IMG/VR virus record: IMGVR_UViG_3300045988_018086
Location: 1-41,184 of that record
Source of the DNA: a virus
Taxonomy: Duplodnaviria > Heunggongvirae > Uroviricota > Caudoviricetes
DNA length: 41,184 bases
Strand: one strand, 5' to 3'
Shown here piece by piece: positions 26,118 through 33,876 of this stretch (position 1 is the first letter of the stretch; each line of letters begins with the position of its first letter). The notes below the pieces were generated by a model that made no database searches, was not told where the DNA came from, and saw only the letters and a program-made list of their open reading frames with translations. Both the position numbers and the translations under genes were made by a program.

Positions 26118-26323
26118 TCACCCAACGCCAGCCACTTGGCGTCTACTTGCAGCACTTCCGCCAGTTTAAACAGCGTCGCTGGGCGGACGTCCTGAGTTAC
26201 CCCAAGTGCCAGCTGGTTAATCGCGCCCTGGGAAACGCCAGCCAGAACAGCCAGACGGCGCTGTGAGATGCCGAGTTCTTTACGGCGTTGTTCTACACGG
26301 ATGCCTAGTTCAGATGGTTGCAT
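26108..26323 (-). CDS. XRE-family (Cro/CI-type) HTH transcriptional regulator
   Basis: LGISQRRLAVLAGVSQGAINQLALG helix-turn-helix; strong TAAGGAG RBS; divergent from operator-containing promoters. Confidence 0.7.
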   Translation of the reverse strand: MQPSELGIRVEQRRKELGISQRRLAVLAGVSQGAINQLALGVTQDVRPATLFKLAEVLQVDAKWLALGEGA

Positions 26324-26353
26324 GTCAATTACTCCTTAGTCAGTTGATATGTG

Positions 26354-26367
26354 AATAGTACCATATT
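26354..26367. promoter_or_regulatory. Operator-like site AATAG-TACC-ATATT in the regulator's own upstream region
   Basis: Near-copy of the AATAG-N4-CTATT element, 30 nt upstream of the HTH gene start. Confidence 0.4.
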
Positions 26368-26387
26368 AATTATTTTAGAAAAGCCCG

Positions 26388-26416
26388 TTGACAAGTGAAT
26401 AGTTCGCTATTATAGT
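26388..26416 (+). promoter_or_regulatory. Promoter TTGACA-N17-TATAGT with AATAG-TTCG-CTATT operator in the spacer
   Basis: Consensus -35, 17-nt spacer, perfect 5-bp inverted repeat. Confidence 0.6.
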
Positions 26417-26447
26417 TAGCCCATACCAAACGAGAGGAGAATAAATA

Positions 26448-26918
26448 ATGTTAGAGAAATTCTTAGTATTACTGGAACGTTTCGTAGTTGCACATGAACT
26501 GATTGCTGCGAACAGTGCGAAACAAGTTGTCGTTGCCAAAACTGCAACAATAGAGCCTACTGTTGTGAAAGAAGTAACGAAAGAAATCCCGGTAGAAGGT
26601 GAAGACACCATTGACACTAAACCAGCAGAAGAAGAGAAGCCGAAGCGCAAGCCGCGTAAAGCTAAAGTAGAGGAGCCAACGCCAGAGCCGGAAGAAGAGA
26701 AAGAAGAAGTCGATTACCAGTCTCTGCGCGACCAGATTCAGGCTATCGACGATGCGATTAACGAAGGCCCAAGCGATGCTGCGTGCGACGATTCTGACGA
26801 ACTGCTGGAAGAGTTTACCGGTAAGAAGATGAAGATTGCAGCGATTAAAGACGAAGACCTGGCTGAGTATCTGGAGCGCCTGACGGCAATCAAGAACAAG
26901 TATTTCGAAGAAGAATAA
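26448..26918 (+). CDS. Highly acidic protein of unknown function
   Basis: 156 aa, Glu/Asp-rich with Pro/Lys linker; expressed from operator-controlled promoter. Confidence 0.45.
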   Translation: MLEKFLVLLERFVVAHELIAANSAKQVVVAKTATIEPTVVKEVTKEIPVEGEDTIDTKPAEEEKPKRKPRKAKVEEPTPEPEEEKEEVDYQSLRDQIQAIDDAINEGPSDAACDDSDELLEEFTGKKMKIAAIKDEDLAEYLERLTAIKNKYFEEE

Positions 26919-26961
26919 TTATCCCGCGGCCTTCGGGCCGCTTTAACTGAGGGTCGGAATT

Positions 26962-27234
26962 ATGATTTACCAACTCTACCGCGCCGTAGACAGGCGGGAT
27001 AGCACAGAGGCGCTATGGCTGTTACGTGCGCCGTCTGGCTCGCACCAGATGGAAGAGATGGCGTACTTAGGCAAAGTACCACGTCCTAAAGATATAGGCC
27101 GTCACGTGTCACACATTAAGCGTACGACATTCGCCAAACCTGACTTTTATGTCTTCGAGTCGATGTATGGGTGGGCGATGCACTGCGACCATAAGACACG
27201 GCATTTAATTGACCAGTGGGAGAACAGGGCATGA
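26962..27234 (+). CDS. Hypothetical protein
   Basis: ORF, stop overlaps next start (ATGA). Confidence 0.4.
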   Translation: MIYQLYRAVDRRDSTEALWLLRAPSGSHQMEEMAYLGKVPRPKDIGRHVSHIKRTTFAKPDFYVFESMYGWAMHCDHKTRHLIDQWENRA

Positions 27235-28481
27235 TTTTAAAAGAACGCGGTGGCAATAACGATGTGCACGCATTACTGTCGCCGTCTGGGGCTAAAAAGT
27301 GGCTGGCGTGCAGTGCATCACTGGCCTGTGAAAAAGATATTCCTAACACGTCAGGTAAAGCCGCGGTATTAGGCACAGCCATGCATACAATAGCCGAGGT
27401 CCATTTAAATCAGTACATCAAAGGCACTGCACTGCCGTTAGATCGTGAAGTTGGTGCTTATGTACTGGACGAGGGCAAAGGCCAGATTAAGGCGCTAATC
27501 AGTCCGATGAAAGGTGCGGTACTGATTACGGCGGACATGATTGAGCAGGTGCGCAAGTACACCGACTACTGCAAAGCGATTATCGATGTGGCGACTTACG
27601 CCAAACTCGAGATGCGTGTCAATCTTACTGAGGTGTTGCATCCGGGGTATGAAGGCGTTGAGACGTTCGGAACTGCTGACCTTGTTGCCGTCCAGGAACT
27701 GGCTAACACCGACGAGCACATGCTTATCATCGGCGACCTGAAAACTGGACGGCATCGTGTCGAAGCGAAAGAAAACAAGCAGCTTATGCTCTATGCTCTC
27801 GGTGTTTACCGCCGGCTCAAGAGACGTTATAACATAACGACTGTTCGTCTGGTCATCTTCCAGCCGTACGCGGGCGGTGCGTCGGAGTGGGACATCTCGG
27901 TTGAAGGCCTGGAACTGTTCGCTAAGTTCGCACAGAAACGGGCACTGTTAGCGCTTGATGCTTATTTCCGTGGAAAGAAGAACCTGAAAGCGTCGGACTT
28001 TAAACCGTCGGTCGATGGTTGCCAGTGGTGCCGGTTCTCTGAACAGTGTGCCGCGCGTACAAAGACGGTTAATTCTGTACTGGCGGAAGAACTTGAAGAC
28101 GACTTTGTGCTGGAACTGACGACGGAGCAACTCGTAGTTGAGTATGAGAAGTTGCCGCTGTTACGCCAGCACATCGACAAGGTTGAGAAAGCGATGACCG
28201 CCGCATTGCATTCCGGTAAGAAAGTTCCTGGGTACAAGCTGGTTGAAGGTAAGATGGGCAACCGTGCGTGGAAAGATGCCGATGCGATTGAAGTGTCACA
28301 CGGCGACATTCTCAAAAAAGAGGTATTGATGACCCCTACGGAGGCAGCAAAAGTTCTTTCGGCGGATGAGATGGCAGCGCTTGAGCCGTTTATTACCCGT
28401 AAGCCAGGCGCACCATGTGTCGCAACGGCAGACGACAAACGTCCTGAGTGGAATCAGGTTAGTGAAGAAGATTTGGAATAA
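27231..28481 (+). CDS. PD-(D/E)XK-family exonuclease (DUF2800/Cas4-RecB-like) with C-terminal Cys cluster; start at ATG 27231
   Basis: N-terminal SPSGAKKWLACSAS motif, GDLKTG...E.K core, C-terminal CQWCRFSEQC. Confidence 0.6.
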   Translation: MILKERGGNNDVHALLSPSGAKKWLACSASLACEKDIPNTSGKAAVLGTAMHTIAEVHLNQYIKGTALPLDREVGAYVLDEGKGQIKALISPMKGAVLITADMIEQVRKYTDYCKAIIDVATYAKLEMRVNLTEVLHPGYEGVETFGTADLVAVQELANTDEHMLIIGDLKTGRHRVEAKENKQLMLYALGVYRRLKRRYNITTVRLVIFQPYAGGASEWDISVEGLELFAKFAQKRALLALDAYFRGKKNLKASDFKPSVDGCQWCRFSEQCAARTKTVNSVLAEELEDDFVLELTTEQLVVEYEKLPLLRQHIDKVEKAMTAALHSGKKVPGYKLVEGKMGNRAWKDADAIEVSHGDILKKEVLMTPTEAAKVLSADEMAALEPFITRKPGAPCVATADDKRPEWNQVSEEDLE

Positions 28482-28485
28482 AGTG

Positions 28486-28514
28486 TTGACACCTGAATAG
28501 TTAGCTATTATAGT
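28486..28514 (+). promoter_or_regulatory. Promoter TTGACA-N17-TATAGT with AATAG-TTAG-CTATT operator in the spacer
   Basis: Near-identical to 26388..26416. Confidence 0.6.
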
Positions 28515-28567
28515 TCTAATCACTGGCCGGGCAGTTCCCGGAGTAAACTGAAAAGCGAGAAATCACG

Positions 28568-29194
28568 ATGGGTATTAAACTGAATCTGCGTAAAGTAAAC
28601 ACTGCATGGGTTAACGTATTCGAACGCGAAAAAGACCGTGAAAACGATGATGGCTCAATCACTAAAGGCCAGTACAGCGCGACTATCATCCTGCCGTCTG
28701 GCCACGCACAAATCGACGCGCTCTACGACACCGTTTACGCTGTGGTTGAAGAAGCGTTGGGCGCAGCTGCCGCTGAGAAGTGGATGAAGTCCAACTACGG
28801 CGAAGGTAAGCACATGGATAAATGTGCGATTAAAGACATTGCCGAGCGCGACAATCCGTTTGAAGACTTCCCGGAAGGCTTCTACTTCAAGGCGAAGGCA
28901 CAGAAACAGCCACTGATTGTAACCTCTAAAAAAGGCGAGACTCAGGTAGAACAGGACTTCAATGTAGACGGCGAACAGATTGAAGGTGAACAGGTTTACA
29001 GCGGCTGCGTCGCTAACGTAAGCGTTGAAATCTGGTTCAGCCAGAAATACAAAGTCCTCGGCGTTAACCTGCTGGCTATTAAATACGTCGGCGAAGGTAA
29101 AGCGTTCGGCGGTTCTAAAGTAGCTGCAAGTGTCGACGACCTGGAAGACGAAGAAGAAGATGAAGCACCGCGCCGAGAACGTCGTCGCCGTTAA
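28568..29194 (+). CDS. ssDNA-binding protein-like (DUF2815-type) with acidic C-terminal tail
   Basis: Acidic tail DDLEDEEEDEA; paired with upstream PD-(D/E)XK exonuclease. Confidence 0.55.
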   Translation: MGIKLNLRKVNTAWVNVFEREKDRENDDGSITKGQYSATIILPSGHAQIDALYDTVYAVVEEALGAAAAEKWMKSNYGEGKHMDKCAIKDIAERDNPFEDFPEGFYFKAKAQKQPLIVTSKKGETQVEQDFNVDGEQIEGEQVYSGCVANVSVEIWFSQKYKVLGVNLLAIKYVGEGKAFGGSKVAASVDDLEDEEEDEAPRRERRRR

Positions 29195-29213
29195 TATCTG
29201 AATTAATTTAACT

Positions 29214-29233
29214 AAGGCCCTTCATTGGGCCTT
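29214..29233 (+). terminator. Intrinsic terminator (AAGGCCC-TTCATT-GGGCCTT plus T5)
   Basis: Stem and U-run after SSB-like gene. Confidence 0.55.
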
Positions 29234-29253
29234 TTTACTAAGGGTCAAAAATA

Positions 29254-31434
29254 ATGAGTTACCTGTTCTTAGACTTTGAAACATTCTCCGAAGCCGATTT
29301 GAAGAAAGTCGGCTCCTACGCTTACGCCGAACATCCAACCACCGAAGTTCTAATCTGCACATATGCTTTTGACGACGAGCCTGTGCAGGTATGGGATTGC
29401 ACCAACGGCAGCGACATGCCGGGCGATTTGCACCGCGCGTTACGCCGTCTGGTGAAACCAAACAGCCGTATTAAGATGGTGTGGCACAACGGCTCAATGT
29501 TCGACAGGCCCATCATGAAGCACTGCTGGGGTTTTGATATTCCCGTAAGCAACACCATTGATACGATGATTTGGGCGTTTCGTCACGCGCTGCCGGGTTC
29601 ACTCGACGCATTGTGCGAAGTGCTTGGCGTGTCTGCAGACAACGCGAAAGACAAACGAGGCAAAGCGCTTATTCAGCGTTTCTCTAAACCGACGCCGAAG
29701 AACTACAAAATTCGCCGCTACACTGCTGAAACGCACCCGGATGAGTGGGCGCTGTTCATCAAGTACGCCGTTAGCGACATCACCGCGATGCGTGAAGTGT
29801 TCCATAAGTTGCCGCGTTGGGGTAACTCCGAGTTCGAAGACCGTGTACTGGAACTGGACCAGTTAATTAACGACCGCGGGTTTAAGGTCGACGTTGCGCT
29901 GGCGGAAGCCGCAATTGAAGCTGTGGAGAAACACAAGGCACAGTTACAGGAAGAAGCCCAACGTAAATACGGCGGCTCGCTTACAGGTAAGGACTTCCTG
30001 CCGATTCTGCGTGAACTGGCGCCTGCGCATCGCATCCACAACGCGCAGAAGTCTACGCTTAACGACCTGCTTGCTGACGATGATTTACCGGACGACGCCC
30101 GCACGATTATAGAAATGCGCCTCGGGGCGGCATCCACTGCGTCAACGAAATATAACCCGCTGCTGTTAGGCCGCTCGTCTGACGACCGCCGTCGCGGTTG
30201 CATCCAGTATGGTGGGGCTAAACGTACGTTACGATTTGCGGGTAAAGGCTTCCAGCCGCAGAACCTGGCGCGTGGGTACTATCACGATGATGAACTGGAT
30301 AAAGGTATTTCAGCATTACTTAAGGGCCGAGCACATCGCCGTTTTGATGTAGCCAAGCTAACGGCATCTACGGTTCGCAGCTGCATTATCCCGGAAGCCG
30401 GGTATAAGTTTGTCGTCGCCGACTACTCGAACGTTGAAGGCCGCGGTTTGGCGTGGCTGGCTGGCGAAGAAACCGCGCTTGATACGTTCCGTGCCGGGCT
30501 GGATATTTACTGCGTAACCGCAGGCAAGATGTTCGGCATGGAGCCGGATTACATTAAGAAAGAACGTAAAGACTTACGCCAGATTGGTAAGGCATGCGAA
30601 CTTGGACTTGGCTACGCGGGTGGTGTCGGCGCATTCGTACAGTTCGCCAAGAACCTCGGCCTTGACCTTGTTGATATGGCAAAAACAATGGACGGGACTT
30701 TCCCCGACCACATCTGGGCTGCTACCGCACGTGGATATGAGTGGGCGCGTATTCAGGAAGCCAAGCGACCACCACGTCCAGGTGAAAATGATGACCGACC
30801 ATCTTATATTCTTGATAAGAAAGTGTGGCGTACCTGCGACGCTATCAAGCGTATGTGGCGTGAGTCACACCCGGAAACAGTAGCTTTCTGGCGGGATATT
30901 GAAGACGCAGCTATGGCAGCTATCCGCAATCCGGGCAAAGAGTTCACCGCAGGGCCGCGGGGAGTTAAGTTTTCGCGCAACGTAGAAACGGACAACAACG
31001 GCAACAAAGTCGCCGGTTGGTGGTTGCGTATGACGTTGCCGTCTGGTCGAGTTATGTCATACCCTGGCGTCGGGTTAAGCGTGTCGAAAGAGACAGACGA
31101 AGACGGGAAGGTGTCTACCAACGTGCGCATCAAGTACCAGGGCGAAAACCAGTTAACCCGTCAGTGGGGCTTCCAGTACACCTACTCTGGTAAACTGGTG
31201 GAAAACTGCACTCAGGCGCTGTGCCGTGATTTGTTGGCTAATGCACTGCTGAACGTCGAAGCAAACGGCTACCCGATTGTGCTTCATGTTCACGATGAGA
31301 TTATCTGCGAGACACCAGATTTACCAGAATACAATGTCGCAGAACTGGAACGATTGATGTGCGAATTACCAGAGTGGGCCGAGGGGTTCCCTCTTGTAGC
31401 AGAAGGCGCGGAGATGAAGCGTTATGCCAAGTAA
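29254..31434 (+). CDS. DNA polymerase, family A, with N-terminal 3'-5' exonuclease domain
   Basis: Exo I DFET, Pol motif A DYSNVEGR, motif B RQIGKACELGLGYAGG, motif C HVHDE. Confidence 0.85.
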   Translation: MSYLFLDFETFSEADLKKVGSYAYAEHPTTEVLICTYAFDDEPVQVWDCTNGSDMPGDLHRALRRLVKPNSRIKMVWHNGSMFDRPIMKHCWGFDIPVSNTIDTMIWAFRHALPGSLDALCEVLGVSADNAKDKRGKALIQRFSKPTPKNYKIRRYTAETHPDEWALFIKYAVSDITAMREVFHKLPRWGNSEFEDRVLELDQLINDRGFKVDVALAEAAIEAVEKHKAQLQEEAQRKYGGSLTGKDFLPILRELAPAHRIHNAQKSTLNDLLADDDLPDDARTIIEMRLGAASTASTKYNPLLLGRSSDDRRRGCIQYGGAKRTLRFAGKGFQPQNLARGYYHDDELDKGISALLKGRAHRRFDVAKLTASTVRSCIIPEAGYKFVVADYSNVEGRGLAWLAGEETALDTFRAGLDIYCVTAGKMFGMEPDYIKKERKDLRQIGKACELGLGYAGGVGAFVQFAKNLGLDLVDMAKTMDGTFPDHIWAATARGYEWARIQEAKRPPRPGENDDRPSYILDKKVWRTCDAIKRMWRESHPETVAFWRDIEDAAMAAIRNPGKEFTAGPRGVKFSRNVETDNNGNKVAGWWLRMTLPSGRVMSYPGVGLSVSKETDEDGKVSTNVRIKYQGENQLTRQWGFQYTYSGKLVENCTQALCRDLLANALLNVEANGYPIVLHVHDEIICETPDLPEYNVAELERLMCELPEWAEGFPLVAEGAEMKRYAK

Positions 31435-31555
31435 ACTGATTATCGCGGTACTGGCGGGATTTGCTGCCGGTGTCTACTGTCACGAGGGTCAATACGGCAT
31501 GATGGTTGCCATATTGGGCATGTTCATCGCAATTTATCTGTGGGTGCTGGAATGA
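31424..31555 (+). CDS. Micro-ORF 1: 43-aa single-pass membrane peptide
   Basis: Hydrophobic sequence; ATG overlaps end of polymerase gene; stop overlaps next ATG (ATGA). Confidence 0.35.
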   Translation: MPSKLIIAVLAGFAAGVYCHEGQYGMMVAILGMFIAIYLWVLE

Positions 31556-31641
31556 AAATCTACTGGTTTTATGAAGAAGACTGTCGAATCTGTCCGCGCT
31601 GCGGTATTGAACATACGAAACGGGAGGGGTGCGTACTATGA
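31552..31641 (+). CDS. Micro-ORF 2: 29-aa zinc-ribbon-like peptide (C-x2-C-x2-C-x9-C)
   Basis: ATGA coupling at both ends; four Cys. Confidence 0.3.
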   Translation: MKIYWFYEEDCRICPRCGIEHTKREGCVL

Positions 31642-31790
31642 CAATGTTTGTATTTCGGACGATAGTAACCATGCTCGCACTGTTACTCGGGGCGGGAATA
31701 GCCGCGATGTTCTGTTACGGCCTGTTCTTTAAGTTTGCCGGTGTTGCCGTTCTAGGCGGGGCGTTTATAACTTGGGTTCTGCACTCATGA
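31638..31790 (+). CDS. Micro-ORF 3: 50-aa membrane protein
   Basis: Two hydrophobic stretches; ATGA coupling to VRR-NUC gene. Confidence 0.35.
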   Translation: MTMFVFRTIVTMLALLLGAGIAAMFCYGLFFKFAGVAVLGGAFITWVLHS

Positions 31791-32071
31791 CCCCGGAAGG
31801 CAAAATACAGAAATACGCAAAAGAGCGATTCGAGGCCATTGGTGGCCTCGTTCGTAAACTTTCCTACGAGGGGCGTTCCGGCGCTCCCGACCTGCTGGTA
31901 ATTCTCCCAGACGGCATAGTCTGGTTTGTCGAGGTGAAGAAAGACGAAAACACGAAGCCAGACCCACACCAGCTACGTGAGCATGAGCGTATGCGCAAAC
32001 GCGGCGCGAATGTTTTTGTCGTTGGTTCGTTTAAACAGGTTGACGACCTAATAGCGAGCTATTATAGTTAA
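31787..32071 (+). CDS. VRR-NUC domain nuclease (PD-(D/E)XK fold)
   Basis: PDLLVILPDG..FVEVK motif. Confidence 0.6.
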   Translation: MTPEGKIQKYAKERFEAIGGLVRKLSYEGRSGAPDLLVILPDGIVWFVEVKKDENTKPDPHQLREHERMRKRGANVFVVGSFKQVDDLIASYYS

Positions 32072-32101
32072 TCACACACCAACAATATAAGGAATTGAGA
32101 A

Positions 32102-32293
32102 ATGAAACACGAATATGACCGCAAGCCAGCACGTGACATCGTACCTGGCGATATGATTTTCAACGTTAAGACCCGCCACCCTGTTGCCGTTGATACGGTG
32201 TACGTCGAGTCGAACGGTAAACTGGTTATCGAAGATGTAACTGGTAACGTTACGGCGTTCGGGCGTAAAGAGTTAGTTCTGGTGCTGAAATGA
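32102..32293 (+). CDS. Hypothetical protein
   Basis: ORF with ATGA overlap to helicase gene. Confidence 0.4.
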   Translation: MKHEYDRKPARDIVPGDMIFNVKTRHPVAVDTVYVESNGKLVIEDVTGNVTAFGRKELVLVLK

Positions 32294-33714
32294 GTAAGTT
32301 TCAAAGGCGCGAGTACCAGAAGCTCATGACTTCGTTCATGTTGCGGCACCATCGCTGCAACATATGGGCAAGCATGGGCGCCGGGAAGACGGGCAGTGTC
32401 CTGTGGGCTTTAAACCGACTGTTCCGCAATGGGCAACTTAATGACGACGACCGCGTGTTAATCCTCGCCCCGTTGCGTGTTGCGTCTGGCACGTGGCCCG
32501 CAGAGCAAGAGAAATGGAACTTTCCCTGTCTGAGTGTCGTTGACGCGACCGGTTCAGAGAAGCGCCGCATCGCGGCGCTGGAATCAGACGCTAACGTGGT
32601 GTGTACAAACTACGAAGTTATCGAATGGCTGATTGACTACTACGGCAAAGACGACTGGCCTTTTACCGTTATCGTCGCCGACGAAAGCACGAAGCTGAAA
32701 TCATTCCGCAGCCGTTCAGGTGGAAGCAAGAGGGCGAAGGCGCTAAGTAAAGTTGCGTTCGGTAAGGTTAAGCGTTTCATTAACCTGACTGGTACGCCGT
32801 CGCCGAACGGCCTCAAGGACTTATGGGGCCAGAACTGGTTTATCGACGCGGGTGAGCGCCTCGGTTCTTCATACACAGCATTCACCGACCGCTGGTTTAA
32901 CTCGGTACAGAAAGGCAAATCAGCGATGGCGCGTGAGTATCATGCGCGCCCTGGTGCGGATAATGAAATCCATCAGAAGATGAAGGACATTAGTCTCACG
33001 ATTGACGCCGCTGAGTGGTTCGGTTGCGAAGCGCCAATTATCGTCCCTGTTGAAATTGACCTGCCGAAGAAAGCACGTCAGGCGTACATAGATATGGAGG
33101 AAAAGTTATTCGCAGAACTGGAGAGCGGAGAAGTTGAAGCCGCTAACGCGGCGGCAAAGACGTCAAAGTGCTTGCAAATTGCTTCCGGTGCCGTGTATGT
33201 GACGGGTGACGACGGAGAAGCAACCAAAGACTGGGAGAAAGTGCACGACACGAAACTGGATGCGCTGGAGTCAATTGTTGATGAGTTACAGGGCGCGCCG
33301 TTACTGGTGGCCTATCAGTTCAAGCACGAACTGGAGCGCATCCTTAAGCGATTCCCGCAGGCGCAGGCGTTCGCCAAAGGTGCCAAGGGTAATAAGCAGA
33401 TGGAAGCGTGGAACCGTGGCGAAATCGAAATCCTATGCGTGCACCCCGCGTCAGCCGGCCATGGCTTGAATTTACAGGACGGCGGACATCATCTGGCGTT
33501 TATTTCGCAAGGCTGGAACCTTGAGCACTATTTGCAGGTTGTCGAGCGTATAGGCCCGGTGCGCCAGAAGCAGGCGGGCCACGAGCGACCAGTGTTCATC
33601 TATCACATCGTTGCTAAAGACACGCTGGACGAGGTTGTTGCCTCGCGTACTGACGAGAAGAAATCGGTCCAGGAAGAGTTGCTTAATTACATGAAGAGAC
33701 GAGGTAAGAAATGA
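32290..33714 (+). CDS. Superfamily 2 helicase (SNF2/DEAD-like)
   Basis: Motif I GAGKTG, motif II DESTKLK, motif III LTGTPSPNG, C-terminal helicase domain. Confidence 0.75.
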   Translation: MSKFQRREYQKLMTSFMLRHHRCNIWASMGAGKTGSVLWALNRLFRNGQLNDDDRVLILAPLRVASGTWPAEQEKWNFPCLSVVDATGSEKRRIAALESDANVVCTNYEVIEWLIDYYGKDDWPFTVIVADESTKLKSFRSRSGGSKRAKALSKVAFGKVKRFINLTGTPSPNGLKDLWGQNWFIDAGERLGSSYTAFTDRWFNSVQKGKSAMAREYHARPGADNEIHQKMKDISLTIDAAEWFGCEAPIIVPVEIDLPKKARQAYIDMEEKLFAELESGEVEAANAAAKTSKCLQIASGAVYVTGDDGEATKDWEKVHDTKLDALESIVDELQGAPLLVAYQFKHELERILKRFPQAQAFAKGAKGNKQMEAWNRGEIEILCVHPASAGHGLNLQDGGHHLAFISQGWNLEHYLQVVERIGPVRQKQAGHERPVFIYHIVAKDTLDEVVASRTDEKKSVQEELLNYMKRRGKK

Positions 33715-33848
33715 ACATCATGGCCCCGACTCCGGCATTGCAAAAACGTATCAAGGAACTTGAGGAGGAAGTTCTACGGCTACGGCAGCAGAGAGACGCC
33801 GCTAATGCGCAACTGGCGTTTGTACTGGAGAAGTTATCAGAAGAGTAG
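33711..33848 (+). CDS. Small coiled-coil protein (45 aa)
   Basis: ATGA overlap with helicase stop; heptad pattern. Confidence 0.3.
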   Translation: MNIMAPTPALQKRIKELEEEVLRLRQQRDAANAQLAFVLEKLSEE

Positions 33849-33853
33849 AGAAA

Positions 33854-33871
33854 AGGCCCCGTTTGGGGCCT
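33854..33871. terminator. Bidirectional terminator hairpin (AGGCCCC-GTTT-GGGGCCT), near-identical to 5253..5270
   Basis: Same stem as the 5253 terminator; between convergent helicase-region and tailspike genes. Confidence 0.6.
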
Positions 33872-33876
33872 TAGTT

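Noticed and set aside
26100-26420. Lysogeny module (integrase/attP) expected next to the Cro/CI-like repressor
   Set aside because: No recombinase, excisionase-integrase pair or attachment-site-like repeat found anywhere; the repressor is treated as a lytic-cycle regulator.
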